Part shown: positions 41,728 through 52,271 of the stretch, piece after piece | Layout: each line of letters starts with the position of its first letter | Numbering within the stretch: the first letter of the stretch is position 1 | Assembly (NCBI GenBank): GCA_002632265.1 | Contig: NQOV01000007.1 | Span: 143,823 to 207,822 of the forward strand | Direction of reading: 5' to 3' | Origin: Rhodospirillaceae bacterium MC! | GTDB taxonomy: Bacteria; Pseudomonadota; Alphaproteobacteria; MC1 | Length of the DNA stretch: 64,000 nt | Translations under genes and position numbers: made by a program | The notes under the pieces: model-generated | Seen by the model: only the letters and a program-made list of their open reading frames with translations | The model's database searches: none | What the model was told of the DNA's origin: nothing

Positions 41728-42963
41728 ATGTTCTGCCCATTCGATTGAATTGATATCAATTCCCTCTTTCGCCATATCGTAAAGGGGCGAGAGATCTCGC
41801 AAGCGTTTTACGGCTTTTACGATGTCATCGCATGCTTTATTGATCTCTTCTAGAGTGGTAAAGCGTCCTATACTGATACGTAATGATGTATGTGAAAGTT
41901 CTGGGGGAATTTTCATTTCACGCAAGACATATGACGGCTCTAAGCTTTCCGATGTACATGCAGATCCTGAAGATAGGGCAAGATCAGGCAAGCCCAACAT
42001 TAGGCTTTCGCCTTCAACGTAGGAAAAGCTAATATTTAGATTATTGGCTAGGCGATGTTCTTGTGATCCGTTAAGTTTGATATCTTCTAGCTCTGAATTT
42101 AAACGTTGCCACATGTGATCACGTAACTTTTGAATGTTCGCTATTTCTTGATCCATTTCCTCCATAAGGATATCGCAAGCTTTCCCCATGCCGACGCATA
42201 AAAATGGAGCTAATGTACCACTTCTTAAGCCACGTTCTTGACCTCCGCCGTTCATTTGTGCTATTAGCTTAACCCTAGGACCAGGACGACGGCGAACAAA
42301 TAACGCTCCTACTCCTTTTGGTCCGTAAATCTTGTGAGATGAGATTGATAACAAATCGATATTCATTTCATTTACATCAATATGGATTTTTCCTATGGCT
42401 TGTGCGGAATCCGTATGAAATAACGTACCGCCCTTGCGACAGATCTCTCCGATTTCCTTTAAGGGCGAGATTACTCCTGTTTCATTGTTGGCGGCCATGA
42501 TCGATACCAAAAAGGTTTTATCGGTAATAGCTTGTTCTAGTTCCTTAAGATCAACAATACCATCTTCATCAACTGACAAGTATGTTACTTGACAAATGCC
42601 TTTATTTTCCAGCTCTCTTGCGGTATTTACTACACATTTATGATCTGTTGAGGCAACAATTAAATGATTCTTACCTTGTTTGCCATAATATTCGGCTGTC
42701 CCTTTTATGGCTAGATTATTGGATTCTGTAGCTCCACTTGTGAAAACTATATCCTTAGCGTTGCCTGTTTTTATTATATCGGCAATACTTTTACGAGCTT
42801 TTTCCACGGCGTTAGCTGATGTCTTACCATAGCTATGAGTTGTAGAATGCGGATTGCCAAATTCATTAGTTAAAAAAGGCATCATGCTATCTAGCACTCT
42901 TTTATCCAGTGGGGTAGTTGCCTGATAATCTAAATATATTGCATCCTGCGAGTTATTTGACAT
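41725..42963 (-). CDS. iscS: Cysteine desulfurase
   Basis: YLDYQATTP, SSHKIYGPKG, SSGSACTS, C-terminal IEWAEH. Confidence 0.97.
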   Translation of the reverse strand: MSNNSQDAIYLDYQATTPLDKRVLDSMMPFLTNEFGNPHSTTHSYGKTSANAVEKARKSIADIIKTGNAKDIVFTSGATESNNLAIKGTAEYYGKQGKNHLIVASTDHKCVVNTARELENKGICQVTYLSVDEDGIVDLKELEQAITDKTFLVSIMAANNETGVISPLKEIGEICRKGGTLFHTDSAQAIGKIHIDVNEMNIDLLSISSHKIYGPKGVGALFVRRRPGPRVKLIAQMNGGGQERGLRSGTLAPFLCVGMGKACDILMEEMDQEIANIQKLRDHMWQRLNSELEDIKLNGSQEHRLANNLNISFSYVEGESLMLGLPDLALSSGSACTSESLEPSYVLREMKIPPELSHTSLRISIGRFTTLEEINKACDDIVKAVKRLRDLSPLYDMAKEGIDINSIEWAEH

Positions 42964-43051
42964 ATATCAACTCCTGTTATATGTTTGTTTCGTATTATAT
43001 ATACATATATGATACTTTTTCCCATAATGCAATAGTTATGTAATAAATTCT

Positions 43052-43160
43052 TAAAGGCAAGAAAAATAGTTGAGTGGGCGTCTTTGAAGTGGGGCGTAGA
43101 TGTATATGTACTACCTAAGCCCCGCTTAAAGAGTCTAAAAGACTGTTTTTATTGTCTTTA
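43052..43160. repeat. 109-bp palindromic element (diverged subtype B) starting at the tldD stop
   Basis: TAAAGGCAAGAAAAATAGT...ACTGTTTTTATTGTCTTTA; core GGGGCG..TGTA..TACCTAAGCCCC. Confidence 0.8.
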
Positions 43161-44582
43161 TTCTGTTCCGCCGATGGTTATATTTTGCATTAAAATTGAC
43201 GGCTGTCCGATTCCTACGGCTACACCTTGACCGCCTTTGCCACATGTGCCGATGTTTTCGTCTAGTTCTAGATTATTACCGACCATGGCGATTTTATTCA
43301 TGGCTTCGATACCTGATCCGATTAGAGTTGCACCTTTTAGCGATTCTTTGATTTCGCCATTTTCTATTTTATAAGCTTCTGTACAACTAAATACGAATTT
43401 ACCTGATACGGTATCCACTTGACCACCACCGAAAGACACGGCATATATACCATTTTTCACATTGGCGATCATGTCTTTTTCTTCATGTGGACCGGCTTCC
43501 ATGTAGGTATTTGTCATGCGGACTTGTGGCACGTAAGCGTAGGATTGACGGCGTCCGTTTCCTGTTGATTTTTTATTATCTAAACGTCCATTTTGACGAT
43601 CATACATGAATCCCATTAGTTCGCCGTCCTTAATTAGAGTAGTTTTTTGCGATGGTGTTCCCTCGTCGTCGAAACTAAATGAGCCGAATCTGTTGCCGAT
43701 GATTGTACCGTCATCAATTACGCTAACCCCTTTAGCGGCCACTTGTAATCCTAATTTATCGGCAAATACTGATGTTTTCTTACGGATGAAATCCCCTTCT
43801 AAGCCATGGCCTACCGCCTCATGTAACATCACACCGGGCCAACCTGGTCCTAGAACAACATCAAATTGACCAGCAGGAGCAGGAATTGAAACTAAATTTA
43901 CATTGGCTTGACGTATGGCCTCATCAACGGCATGTTTCCAAGTTGTATCGCTAAATATTTCCTTGTAGGTATAACGACCTAAGGAATGAGATCCGCTTTC
44001 CATTCTACCATTATCATCCTTTAGGATAATGCTAACACGTAACATACAACGGGGTTTCACATCGGCAAGATCAACATTATCAGAGCGTAAAATGTGAATC
44101 TTACTATAATGAGCCGAAAGGGACGCACTAACCTGTACGATATTATTAGCCTTATCTTTGGCGTAAGTATCAAGATTTTTTAGTAACTCAACTTTTTTGT
44201 TAAATTCGTAAAGATCCATGGGATTATTGCCCACATACATGGGATCTAAACTAACCTTATGCGGTGCTACATCAAAAACCCTATTGCTTTCGCCACTTCC
44301 GCCTGCTTTTACAGCATTGGACGCAGTTAAGAAAGCATCGTCAGTAATTTCCGAACTGTGAGCGAATGATACCACTTCGCCATCCACACGACGCAAGCCG
44401 AATCCTTTATTTTTATCATAGTTGGCGGTTTTGATTTTACCTTCATCCCATACTAGAATTTCACTTATAGCATCTTCAAAAAATAATTCTCCGTCATCAG
44501 CTCCCTTTAAGGTTTCTGTTAGAACTTTGATTGTTGTATTTTTGTCTAGAGTTTCATAAAAACTATTGCTTAAATTTTCCAT
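43158..44582 (-). CDS. tldD: Metalloprotease TldD
   Basis: ADDGELF, GWPGVMLHEAVGHGLEGDF, RMTNTYM, CGKGGQ. Confidence 0.96.
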   Translation of the reverse strand: MENLSNSFYETLDKNTTIKVLTETLKGADDGELFFEDAISEILVWDEGKIKTANYDKNKGFGLRRVDGEVVSFAHSSEITDDAFLTASNAVKAGGSGESNRVFDVAPHKVSLDPMYVGNNPMDLYEFNKKVELLKNLDTYAKDKANNIVQVSASLSAHYSKIHILRSDNVDLADVKPRCMLRVSIILKDDNGRMESGSHSLGRYTYKEIFSDTTWKHAVDEAIRQANVNLVSIPAPAGQFDVVLGPGWPGVMLHEAVGHGLEGDFIRKKTSVFADKLGLQVAAKGVSVIDDGTIIGNRFGSFSFDDEGTPSQKTTLIKDGELMGFMYDRQNGRLDNKKSTGNGRRQSYAYVPQVRMTNTYMEAGPHEEKDMIANVKNGIYAVSFGGGQVDTVSGKFVFSCTEAYKIENGEIKESLKGATLIGSGIEAMNKIAMVGNNLELDENIGTCGKGGQGVAVGIGQPSILMQNITIGGTE

Positions 44583-44700
44583 TGTATATTATCCTGTGTA
44601 ATGTTATAAGTTGTTAGATTGGTTAAGATTATTCTGTTAGATGATTGGGTTAAGATTGTTGGGTTAAGGTTATTGGGAAAGAGATGAATTGAGCTTAAAA

Positions 44701-45615
44701 TTATTCTTCTTGGGCTTCTTTTTCTTGATCTTGGTCTTTTTCCTTGTCTTTATCTCTTCCTTTTTTATTTTTCTCTTCCTTAAGTACTGTGAAATTTTTT
44801 ATTATGGTGTTATATATGGCATCACGCTCGGGCGACATATCCCTAATGTAATCGGCTATGGCCTCAATAACAATCATTTGGCTAATTTTAGAAGATAACT
44901 CCCCGCTTTTGAGTTGATCTTCAATGCCTGTAGTGGCTAAAGTCATATGACATATCTTACTTAAAGGACTATTAATGGAATTGGTAATGGCTATGCAATA
45001 ATTATCTCTTTCTTTAAAGGAAGTCGCAAGCAAGATCACATCTTCGGTTGTTCCTGTTGCCGATATGAAAATACAAACCTTTTTCAACGGCGTTAAAGAT
45101 AAATATAATCCCTTATGGATATCCTTTAAAACTTGCGTATGAATCCCCAAGCGGGATAGCTTAAAGGATAAATGTTCAGCACTAATATAAGAAGCACCAA
45201 CGCCGTTAATGACCACTGATGTGGTTTCCGATATTAAATGAGCTATTTCTTGCAACTTTCCAGAATCCAAGGTCTCGGATGTTTGCTCTAAGGTGGTTTG
45301 GGATATCTTTAAGATATTATCTATGATTTTCCCTTTGGATTTATAATTCTCATCCTGTTCGCTATTTCTTACATCACTGGTTACTAGCTCGATTGTTATG
45401 GCGGTTTTGAATTCCGTATATGAATTAAATCCCAACTCCTTACAAAAGCGGACAATACTACCAACGCTTGTATCAGTATTATTTGCTAGATCGACAATGG
45501 TATAATTAATCAGCTTATGCGGATCTTCCAATATTAGAAATCCCACACGTTGCAAAACTGCAGACATGGAATTTATTAGCGATTTAATTTTTAGTATAAT
45601 ATTAGTTTCTTGCAT
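44701..45615 (-). CDS. RpiR/MurR-family regulator
   Basis: SIVRFCKELGFNSYTEFK HTH; SIS domain (GVGAS, ISATG, AITN..SPL). Confidence 0.9.
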   Translation of the reverse strand: MQETNIILKIKSLINSMSAVLQRVGFLILEDPHKLINYTIVDLANNTDTSVGSIVRFCKELGFNSYTEFKTAITIELVTSDVRNSEQDENYKSKGKIIDNILKISQTTLEQTSETLDSGKLQEIAHLISETTSVVINGVGASYISAEHLSFKLSRLGIHTQVLKDIHKGLYLSLTPLKKVCIFISATGTTEDVILLATSFKERDNYCIAITNSINSPLSKICHMTLATTGIEDQLKSGELSSKISQMIVIEAIADYIRDMSPERDAIYNTIIKNFTVLKEEKNKKGRDKDKEKDQDQEKEAQEE

Positions 45616-45721
45616 AATGATATTTTCTTTTTATTAATTTTAATTGATATTATTGTTAAGGTTATTATTATGATTCTTATGGTTGTTATGATTATTGTAA
45701 AGCGACTTATTGCAACATGAG

Positions 45722-46519
45722 TTATTGCAAAATGAAATGACTCTTCTTATGACGAACAAGCCCAAAAATATCCACATCGGATTTAGTATCATCATAACCC
45801 AGTAGCTTTTTAAATTCAGGATCATCGCAACGTAAGAACACATTGAATTCTTTTTCTATCTTTAAGGTTGTAGGATAGGTAGGAATTCCCTCTTGAGTTT
45901 TTTGCAGAATTTCTGCGTGAAACTCTTGTAATTTCTTATTATCTGGATCAATGGCTAAAATAAAAGCTAAATTTGCTAAAGTATATTCATGGGACGCAAA
46001 AATATAAACTTCATCATCTAAGGCTTTTATTTTCTTTAAGCTATTCCAATACTCATCCAAGATTCGCCCATCGAACATGCCACCGCACCCCATACTAAAT
46101 AAGCTATCCCCCGTGAATAGGAATTGCGAATCATCATCATCAAAGCTTACCAAGTAAGATGCACAATCCAAAGTATGCCCTGGTGTGAGAATGGTTTTTA
46201 AGGTTAGACCGTCAAGAATCTCGATCTCTTGATTATCTTGTAAATGCTTTTCTACGATATCCAACTCCAACGCCGAACCGCCATGAACTACCGCTTGGGG
46301 AAAGATTGCTTTTACATCTTCCACGGCGTCAACATGATCATGATGACGATGAGTAAGGAAGATTTCACTCACTTCTCCGCCTAGATTCTCTAAGTTAGCT
46401 AGTGTCTCGTGAGCGTCGGTCGGATCGAAAATAATATGCTTATTGGTTTTAGTATTTGTAATAACATAAACGTAATTATCTCGGTTCGCATTGAATAATG
46501 AAATGTTAAAAATTGACAT
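45722..46519 (-). CDS. gloB: Hydroxyacylglutathione hydrolase
   Basis: DNYVY, THRHHDH, TPGHT, FTGDSLF..GCG, HEYT. Confidence 0.92.
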   Translation of the reverse strand: MSIFNISLFNANRDNYVYVITNTKTNKHIIFDPTDAHETLANLENLGGEVSEIFLTHRHHDHVDAVEDVKAIFPQAVVHGGSALELDIVEKHLQDNQEIEILDGLTLKTILTPGHTLDCASYLVSFDDDDSQFLFTGDSLFSMGCGGMFDGRILDEYWNSLKKIKALDDEVYIFASHEYTLANLAFILAIDPDNKKLQEFHAEILQKTQEGIPTYPTTLKIEKEFNVFLRCDDPEFKKLLGYDDTKSDVDIFGLVRHKKSHFILQ

Positions 46520-46606
46520 TGAAAGAAAAGTTCCCTATAATTATTTAAAGATACATTAATATAAATATATATACTATCCTTAAAAAATTAAAGGACACTA
46601 AAACAT

Positions 46607-47305
46607 ATGAATATCAAAAATAATGAGTTTCAGTCTTTTAGAGATTTTACTCAAGACCCATATTTCCAAACTATTTTGAATTTTCAAAATACTATAATAG
46701 ATAATAATAAACCGAATTACAAAAAAATTCAAGCTATTTCTTATGGTGTGATAAATCATCCCATATTTACAGATATCACAACCATCGATCAAGATATGGA
46801 AATAGATAAAAAACTCATAGAAGATATCTGCCCTAACTATCGTATATATAACGATAAAAGCCTGCCCTATGCCACCGATACCATGGATTATGTAGTAGTG
46901 GCGAATTCATTTGAGTATGCCCATAGCTCGGATAATGTTTTTAAAGAGCTATGGCGTATTTTAAAGCCCAATGGTAAACTTTTGGTAATGTATGTGAATC
47001 TCGATAATACTGATGAATCCATAGAATTATTCCATGAGATCAACTCTCATATTATAAATCTAGATTTCGATCTTATAAATAAATTTAATTTATACTCTTT
47101 ACTAGGAAGTAATTTTGTGTTAAACTTATCATATCTAACTCAAACGAGCGAATTTATGGATACTTTATTTAATCCGCTATGTTTGATGTTCGCCAATGTC
47201 TACAGAAAGCAAGACATTTTACGCATGAGTAAACTTACAAATAAAAAATTGTTTACCTTAAAGGAATCTGTTAACCTCTATAAGGAGAATTATAATGAAG
47301 AATAA
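46607..47305 (+). CDS. SAM methyltransferase-like protein (degenerate)
   Basis: LPY..DTMDYVV, ELWRILKPNGKL; the position divergent from gloB is typical. Confidence 0.65.
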   Translation: MNIKNNEFQSFRDFTQDPYFQTILNFQNTIIDNNKPNYKKIQAISYGVINHPIFTDITTIDQDMEIDKKLIEDICPNYRIYNDKSLPYATDTMDYVVVANSFEYAHSSDNVFKELWRILKPNGKLLVMYVNLDNTDESIELFHEINSHIINLDFDLINKFNLYSLLGSNFVLNLSYLTQTSEFMDTLFNPLCLMFANVYRKQDILRMSKLTNKKLFTLKESVNLYKENYNEE

Positions 47306-48086
47306 ATCAGAAATCGAGAACATATTAGCCCCACTTCGTCAGCGTCTCAATAAGATAGATGATACCATGCTATCCCTACTTGAAGAACGTATTAGCATTG
47401 TTTCTCAAGTATCAAAGGAAAAACACGCTCTTAATATGCCCACATCTTTCCCCGGTAGAGAGGCCTCAATGCTTAAAACCTTAAGGGATAAAACCCAAGC
47501 ATATTCGAAAAATGCCGTAGTTAAAATATGGCGTGAAAACATGGGTGCGTCTATGAAAATCGAAGGGAATTACTCTGTTGGAACTCTAAAGGATAATATC
47601 AATAATCATATTACCTTAGCTCGAGATCACTATGGCGTAGAATCGCCCTTAAACAATAACTTTAACACCTTTGATGAGCTTTTTTCTGCCTTAGAAAATA
47701 ATAATGTTACCGTGATCGTCGTTCCCTTAGATACCAACAACAATCCCACCGACACAAAATGGATTGCCTTACTCGATGAACATAAACACTTCATATGTGC
47801 CACCTTACCATTCGCCTACGAATTACCAGAATTAGCAGGATCTAGATCCGTAATAATAACCAAACCCCTACCAGAAACCGACATCGGCACAGAAAAAGCC
47901 GTGCTTATCTCTCTAGATAATATAGAGGAAAAACACAAACTAACAAAATTCAAGATACTATCAAGCCATAACAATCACTATCTCATCAACACCCATACCG
48001 ACAACGAACTACACCACCTACAACACACATTCCCCACTTTGAAGATAATGGGATCATTCCATAAGTCGCCTTTTGAAGAAAGCTAA
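47295..48086 (+). CDS. Chorismate mutase (AroQ domain plus C-terminal extension)
   Basis: LRQRLNKIDD..LLEER, PGREASML, IWRE, ARDHYG. Confidence 0.8.
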   Translation: MKNKSEIENILAPLRQRLNKIDDTMLSLLEERISIVSQVSKEKHALNMPTSFPGREASMLKTLRDKTQAYSKNAVVKIWRENMGASMKIEGNYSVGTLKDNINNHITLARDHYGVESPLNNNFNTFDELFSALENNNVTVIVVPLDTNNNPTDTKWIALLDEHKHFICATLPFAYELPELAGSRSVIITKPLPETDIGTEKAVLISLDNIEEKHKLTKFKILSSHNNHYLINTHTDNELHHLQHTFPTLKIMGSFHKSPFEES

Positions 48087-48141
48087 TATGGTTACAAGGT
48101 TATAAGATTTGGTTGATTTTACCTTTCATTTAGTATTTTAT

Positions 48142-48181
48142 TTGATCATTACTGGCCTAATATTAGGCCAGTAATGATCAA
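48142..48181. repeat. Perfect 40-bp palindrome with no loop
   Basis: TTGATCATTACTGGCCTAAT|ATTAGGCCAGTAATGATCAA. Confidence 0.95.
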
Positions 48182-48363
48182 CCGTATCACATAAGAATCT
48201 ATAAATTTCTTTTAAAGTTATTGACAAGTGTATTAATGCTATGCTAAAGTAATAACGATATACATATTTACATACATATTTATATACATACTAATATAAG
48301 CATGTAAGTAATACTAATATTACAATCAATAATCTTTATAAATTAAAAGGAGTTATTTTATTT

Positions 48364-48918
48364 ATGAATATAGTTAAATGGTGCTTTTCGCCATCAAAAC
48401 CAGAAGAAAGAAATTTTAAGGCCGCAATCATTATGGGTCTTATACTGGGTGTTGTTACAATATTTGTAAAATGGGGAGCAGGTCATCCTATTCCACCATT
48501 TTTAGTAGGACATCAAGCCCCGCCCGTTGTCATTGCCCATTGGTTAGGTCTAAAAGATCCCATGTACACATTTCTTGGTCATAGTTTACCTTGGGGGATG
48601 TTAGTACATGGCGGAACTGGTATTTCCTTTGGTTTATTCTATTGTATTTTTGCCGAATTTTTCCCACGTTTACGTGTTTGGAGAGGCATTGCCTATGGTA
48701 TTGGAATAGCAGTTGTCTTCCATGCTATTGTTGTACCTGGCATGGGATTACAAACATTCCCACTTCATGATGTGAATTCGGTTTTATCTATCTTAAGTGA
48801 AATTTTTAGTACTGGATTTACATTTTGGGTATGTGAAGAAATGAATCGTAGTATCCGTAAAAGTATGGGAACACCCCTACCAAACTTTATAGATCCTAAT
48901 ACTTCTTTAGAGAAATAA
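48364..48918 (+). CDS. YagU/DUF1440-like inner membrane protein
   Basis: FVKWGA..P.PP, YTF.GH, FYCIFAEFFP..WRG..YG; AAGGAG RBS; TTGACA at 48221. Confidence 0.7.
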   Translation: MNIVKWCFSPSKPEERNFKAAIIMGLILGVVTIFVKWGAGHPIPPFLVGHQAPPVVIAHWLGLKDPMYTFLGHSLPWGMLVHGGTGISFGLFYCIFAEFFPRLRVWRGIAYGIGIAVVFHAIVVPGMGLQTFPLHDVNSVLSILSEIFSTGFTFWVCEEMNRSIRKSMGTPLPNFIDPNTSLEK

Positions 48919-48956
48919 CTTTCACAACAGCGTATATTCATACACATTATAAAAGC

Positions 48957-48989
48957 AAAAGCAACTTGAAATAAATCAAGTTGCTTTTT
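48957..48989. terminator. Bidirectional terminator between the YagU-like gene and the tRNAs
   Basis: AAAAGCAACTTGA...TCAAGTTGCTTTT. Confidence 0.75.
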
Positions 48990-48995
48990 AATATT

Positions 48996-49071
48996 TGGTG
49001 ATCCCTACGGGATTCGAACCCGTGTTGCCGCCGTGAAAGGGCAGTGTCCTAGGCCTCTAGACGAAGGGACC
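48996..49071 (-). tRNA. tRNA-Glu(UUC)
   Basis: 76-nt cloverleaf; anticodon loop CT-TTC-AC; GTTCGAATC T-loop; encoded CCA. Confidence 0.97.
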
Positions 49072-49153
49072 CTAGTGTAATATTGTGATTTTCTTTAAAA
49101 AATCGCAATCAAAGATTAAATCTCTGATTATATTGATATCTTACATAAAAGTA

Positions 49154-49229
49154 TGGTGATCCCTACGGGATTCGAACCCGTGTTGCCGCCGTGAAAGGGC
49201 AGTGTCCTGGGCCTCTAGACGAAGGGACC
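49154..49229 (-). tRNA. tRNA-Glu(UUC), second copy
   Basis: Identical to the first copy except for one D-loop base. Confidence 0.97.
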
Positions 49230-49450
49230 ATGACTTTTAATAAATCTTAAGCGTAAAAATATAAGCTAAAGATTATAAATCAATCTTGTATGTTATACTA
49301 TAAAGCAAAGGATATTGCAAACGATTTTTTTATAAATCATTAACAGATCCAAAAAAAGCATACTGATACATATATTTAAAGATGAATTTATTTAAATATA
49401 TTATATTAAATGGATTCTTGATTCTCTATTGTTTAAAACCACCTAGTAAT

Positions 49451-49466
49451 TGGCATGAATTTTGCA
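49451..49466 (+). promoter_or_regulatory. Candidate sigma54 (-24/-12) promoter
   Basis: TGGCAT-GAATT-TTGCA versus the consensus TGGCAC-N5-TTGCW, with exact spacing. Confidence 0.6.
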
Positions 49467-49579
49467 TGATATCTTAGATAATAAAGCATAAACACGCTAA
49501 AAATATATTTAATTTTTACAACGTATTTAACAACATATTAGCTAAACAACAGTTAATTATTAAGGAAAGGTTTTACATC

Positions 49580-50920
49580 ATGTCTTATCACATCCAACCT
49601 CGATCAATGAGAGAAGATTACCAAGTGATCCATGAAAATTCGTACGTGGAAAGAGCTAAATTAAACGGCTATGGATCTTCCCACGAAAAACACCAAACAT
49701 TAGACCAATTAGCAGGCGGTGAGGGCAATATGGCGGCTGCATTCGGTCAAACACATACAGGGGAAGCCACTCCAAACAATCAAATTAACGATCAAGTGGA
49801 CGTTAATCAAGATCCGACTCAAGATGGTACAGATCAAAACGGCGGAAGTGTTGGTAATTCGGCTCTTGAAGATATCGTATACAGATTAATGCAAAATCCA
49901 CAAGATAGCTCAAAGGAAATCCACGATAATGTTGAATTCCTAAGCGATCAAGTGAGAGATCTAACCGCAACCGATCACGCAGGCAACAACCAACACGCAG
50001 GCATTCAAAGAAATCTCCAACGTGGTTTTGATTCTTTCAATAAGAAAGTTCCAACCTATCAAGCATTCCTTAAAAATCTTGAAGAAAATAAGCAAAATAT
50101 CGAAGAACAGTTGAAACAAGCCGAAGAAAAACTTAATCCTGAAGATGACGATCAACAGGATAAAAATAACGGTCTACAAGCTCGTAAAACTTCCCCTGTA
50201 GCTCAACAAGATGACGAGAAAAAGAAAGGACGCACAGAAAACGAGATCGAAGATTCTGATGTATCTGATAAGGAAAAAGAAAAACTTGAAGGCAAAATCC
50301 AAAGCCTTAAGGACGAATCATCAGAGTATCAAAGCGTTATTGACAATGTAAAAGCAGAATTACAACGTGCAAAAGATCTGCAAACCCACGCAAAAAACCA
50401 TATGGAACACCTACAAGCAGGCACAACCACGCAACAACAAGCCAGTGGCACAAATACAACTGATCAAGACGGTAATAACGGCGAACATACAGGCGATCAA
50501 ACAGGCGACGGCAAAAACACAGGCGATCAACAACATACCGCCAGCGGAAAAGTTCGTGGCCCACAAGATGAGATCACTGATCCCTATGAAATCTATAAGA
50601 AAGCACATCCTGAAGTATTTGGCGGAACTGCCACAGAAACGACCACAGATCCCACAGATGACGCCTTAAAGAATTATCTTGCACGCCGTCAACATGCTAA
50701 GGAACAATCATCAGGTGGCTCAACAAGTTCAAGCGAAGAGCAGACCAAAGCATTAATCTCGCAAATTCTCGCAGGAGCTGGACAATCTGGCACAGATACC
50801 GCCTTAGGTTTAGGTAGTTTAAATGGTCTATCAGGCTTAAGCGGAACAACAGGAACAAGTTCTACGGAAACTTCTACAGAAGATAGAATCCAAAGCATAT
50901 TACAACAGTTCCAAAACTAA
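49580..50920 (+). CDS. Hypothetical acidic, low-complexity 446-aa protein with central coiled coil
   Basis: AAGGAAAGG RBS; Q/D/T/G-rich; no Cys or Trp; no signal peptide or TM. Confidence 0.8.
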   Translation: MSYHIQPRSMREDYQVIHENSYVERAKLNGYGSSHEKHQTLDQLAGGEGNMAAAFGQTHTGEATPNNQINDQVDVNQDPTQDGTDQNGGSVGNSALEDIVYRLMQNPQDSSKEIHDNVEFLSDQVRDLTATDHAGNNQHAGIQRNLQRGFDSFNKKVPTYQAFLKNLEENKQNIEEQLKQAEEKLNPEDDDQQDKNNGLQARKTSPVAQQDDEKKKGRTENEIEDSDVSDKEKEKLEGKIQSLKDESSEYQSVIDNVKAELQRAKDLQTHAKNHMEHLQAGTTTQQQASGTNTTDQDGNNGEHTGDQTGDGKNTGDQQHTASGKVRGPQDEITDPYEIYKKAHPEVFGGTATETTTDPTDDALKNYLARRQHAKEQSSGGSTSSSEEQTKALISQILAGAGQSGTDTALGLGSLNGLSGLSGTTGTSSTETSTEDRIQSILQQFQN

Positions 50921-51261
50921 GGAGCTAAAAAGGTCATATTACGCACCTTTCTTTTTCCTTTGAAACTCGTTTTTTACAGTCTGATAATTTTATAACCTAT
51001 AATTATTCGTGGGAGTTTTCATGATCATTTTCATGGTCATTTCCTTATTCAAGTCAGAAATTTCCCATGGAATAATAAATAAGATATAAATAATAAAAAA
51101 AGTATTTGACTTCCGCCATATTTTATTGTATAACTACTTCATAAGATTTAAAATGCTGTGATTCTTTAACTTAACTTATAAATCTCTTATATTTATAAAG
51201 CAAGCTTAAAGCATTCGCAGATAATAACAAATTCATAGATAATAACAAAAAGGGTAATAAC

Positions 51262-51396
51262 ATGAAACGCACTTTCCAACCTAGTCGTTTAGTTCGCAAA
51301 CGCCGTCATGGTTTTCGTTCTCGTTTATCAACTGTTGGCGGTCGTCGTGTATTAAATGCACGCCGTGCTAAAGGTCGCAAGCGTTTATCTGCTTAA
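51262..51396 (+). CDS. rpmH: 50S ribosomal protein L34 (absent from the ORF track)
   Basis: Manual translation: [44 protein letters not shown]. Confidence 0.98.
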   Translation: MKRTFQPSRLVRKRRHGFRSRLSTVGGRRVLNARRAKGRKRLSA

Positions 51397-51421
51397 TATT
51401 TTAATATAAGTATTTTGTATT

Positions 51422-51880
51422 ATGATTACAGATAAAAGATATAAAAATCTGTCTACTTTAACCAAGCGGGCAGATTTTTTGCGTTTGCAAAACTCAAAAA
51501 GAAAATGGATAACATCTTCGTATATCTTGCTAATTCTTCCGAAAAAGCAAGATAATACTCAAGATGATATCCGAGTTGGTTATACCGTAACAAAAAAAGT
51601 TGGTAATTCTCCCGAACGTAGCCGAATAAAAAGAAGATTAAAGGAACTCACAAGACTCCATTTATCTCAACACGGCAAGAAAGATTTCGATTATTTATTC
51701 ATTGGTAGAGCAAATGCCAAGCATGAAAATTTTGCCACAATGGTCAAAAATCTAGAAAAAGGCCTTATCTTTCTCGACGCCCATAATTCCAAAGTAAAAG
51801 ATAAAACCAAGAATAAGAATCCCAACCATAAGGCAAAAGCAAAAAGCAAACCCAATCCCAATCCCAAAGCCACCACATAA
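51422..51880 (+). CDS. rnpA: RNase P protein component
   Basis: RVGYTVTKKVGNSPERSRIKRRLK; follows rpmH. Confidence 0.95.
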   Translation: MITDKRYKNLSTLTKRADFLRLQNSKRKWITSSYILLILPKKQDNTQDDIRVGYTVTKKVGNSPERSRIKRRLKELTRLHLSQHGKKDFDYLFIGRANAKHENFATMVKNLEKGLIFLDAHNSKVKDKTKNKNPNHKAKAKSKPNPNPKATT

Positions 51881-51900
51881 AAGATACAAGATAAAAACAC

Positions 51901-52152
51901 ATGCACATCTTCACATTACTCATAAAATCATTCTCAAAGTTATCCTTAAATATTTTATTATTATTACTCGGCACATATAGATTAATATCCTTATATTTCG
52001 GTACAGGAAAATGCAGATTTTCCCCAACATGTTCTCTATATGCCAAGCAATCCCTAAAGAAGTATGGAGCGATAAAAGGGAGTTATCTCGCCATAAAACG
52101 TATACTAAAATGCCACCCATGGGGCGGTAGTGGTTATGATCCTGTACCGTAA
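51901..52152 (+). CDS. yidD: Membrane protein insertion efficiency factor
   Basis: [28 protein letters not shown]. Confidence 0.95.
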   Translation: MHIFTLLIKSFSKLSLNILLLLLGTYRLISLYFGTGKCRFSPTCSLYAKQSLKKYGAIKGSYLAIKRILKCHPWGGSGYDPVP

Positions 52153-52271
52153 AAATATAAATATATAAATAATCCTTGATTTTATAAACTAATTAGTGCA
52201 AAATAACATTACTATTATATGAGTTGGATTCTATCAATATCCTATTTAATAAACCTTTTGTGAGAAAAAAT

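Noticed and set aside
48996-49229. tRNA-Glu pair as attL/attR of an integrated element
   Set aside because: Both are complete tRNAs only 82 bp apart, with no integrase; a simple tandem duplication.
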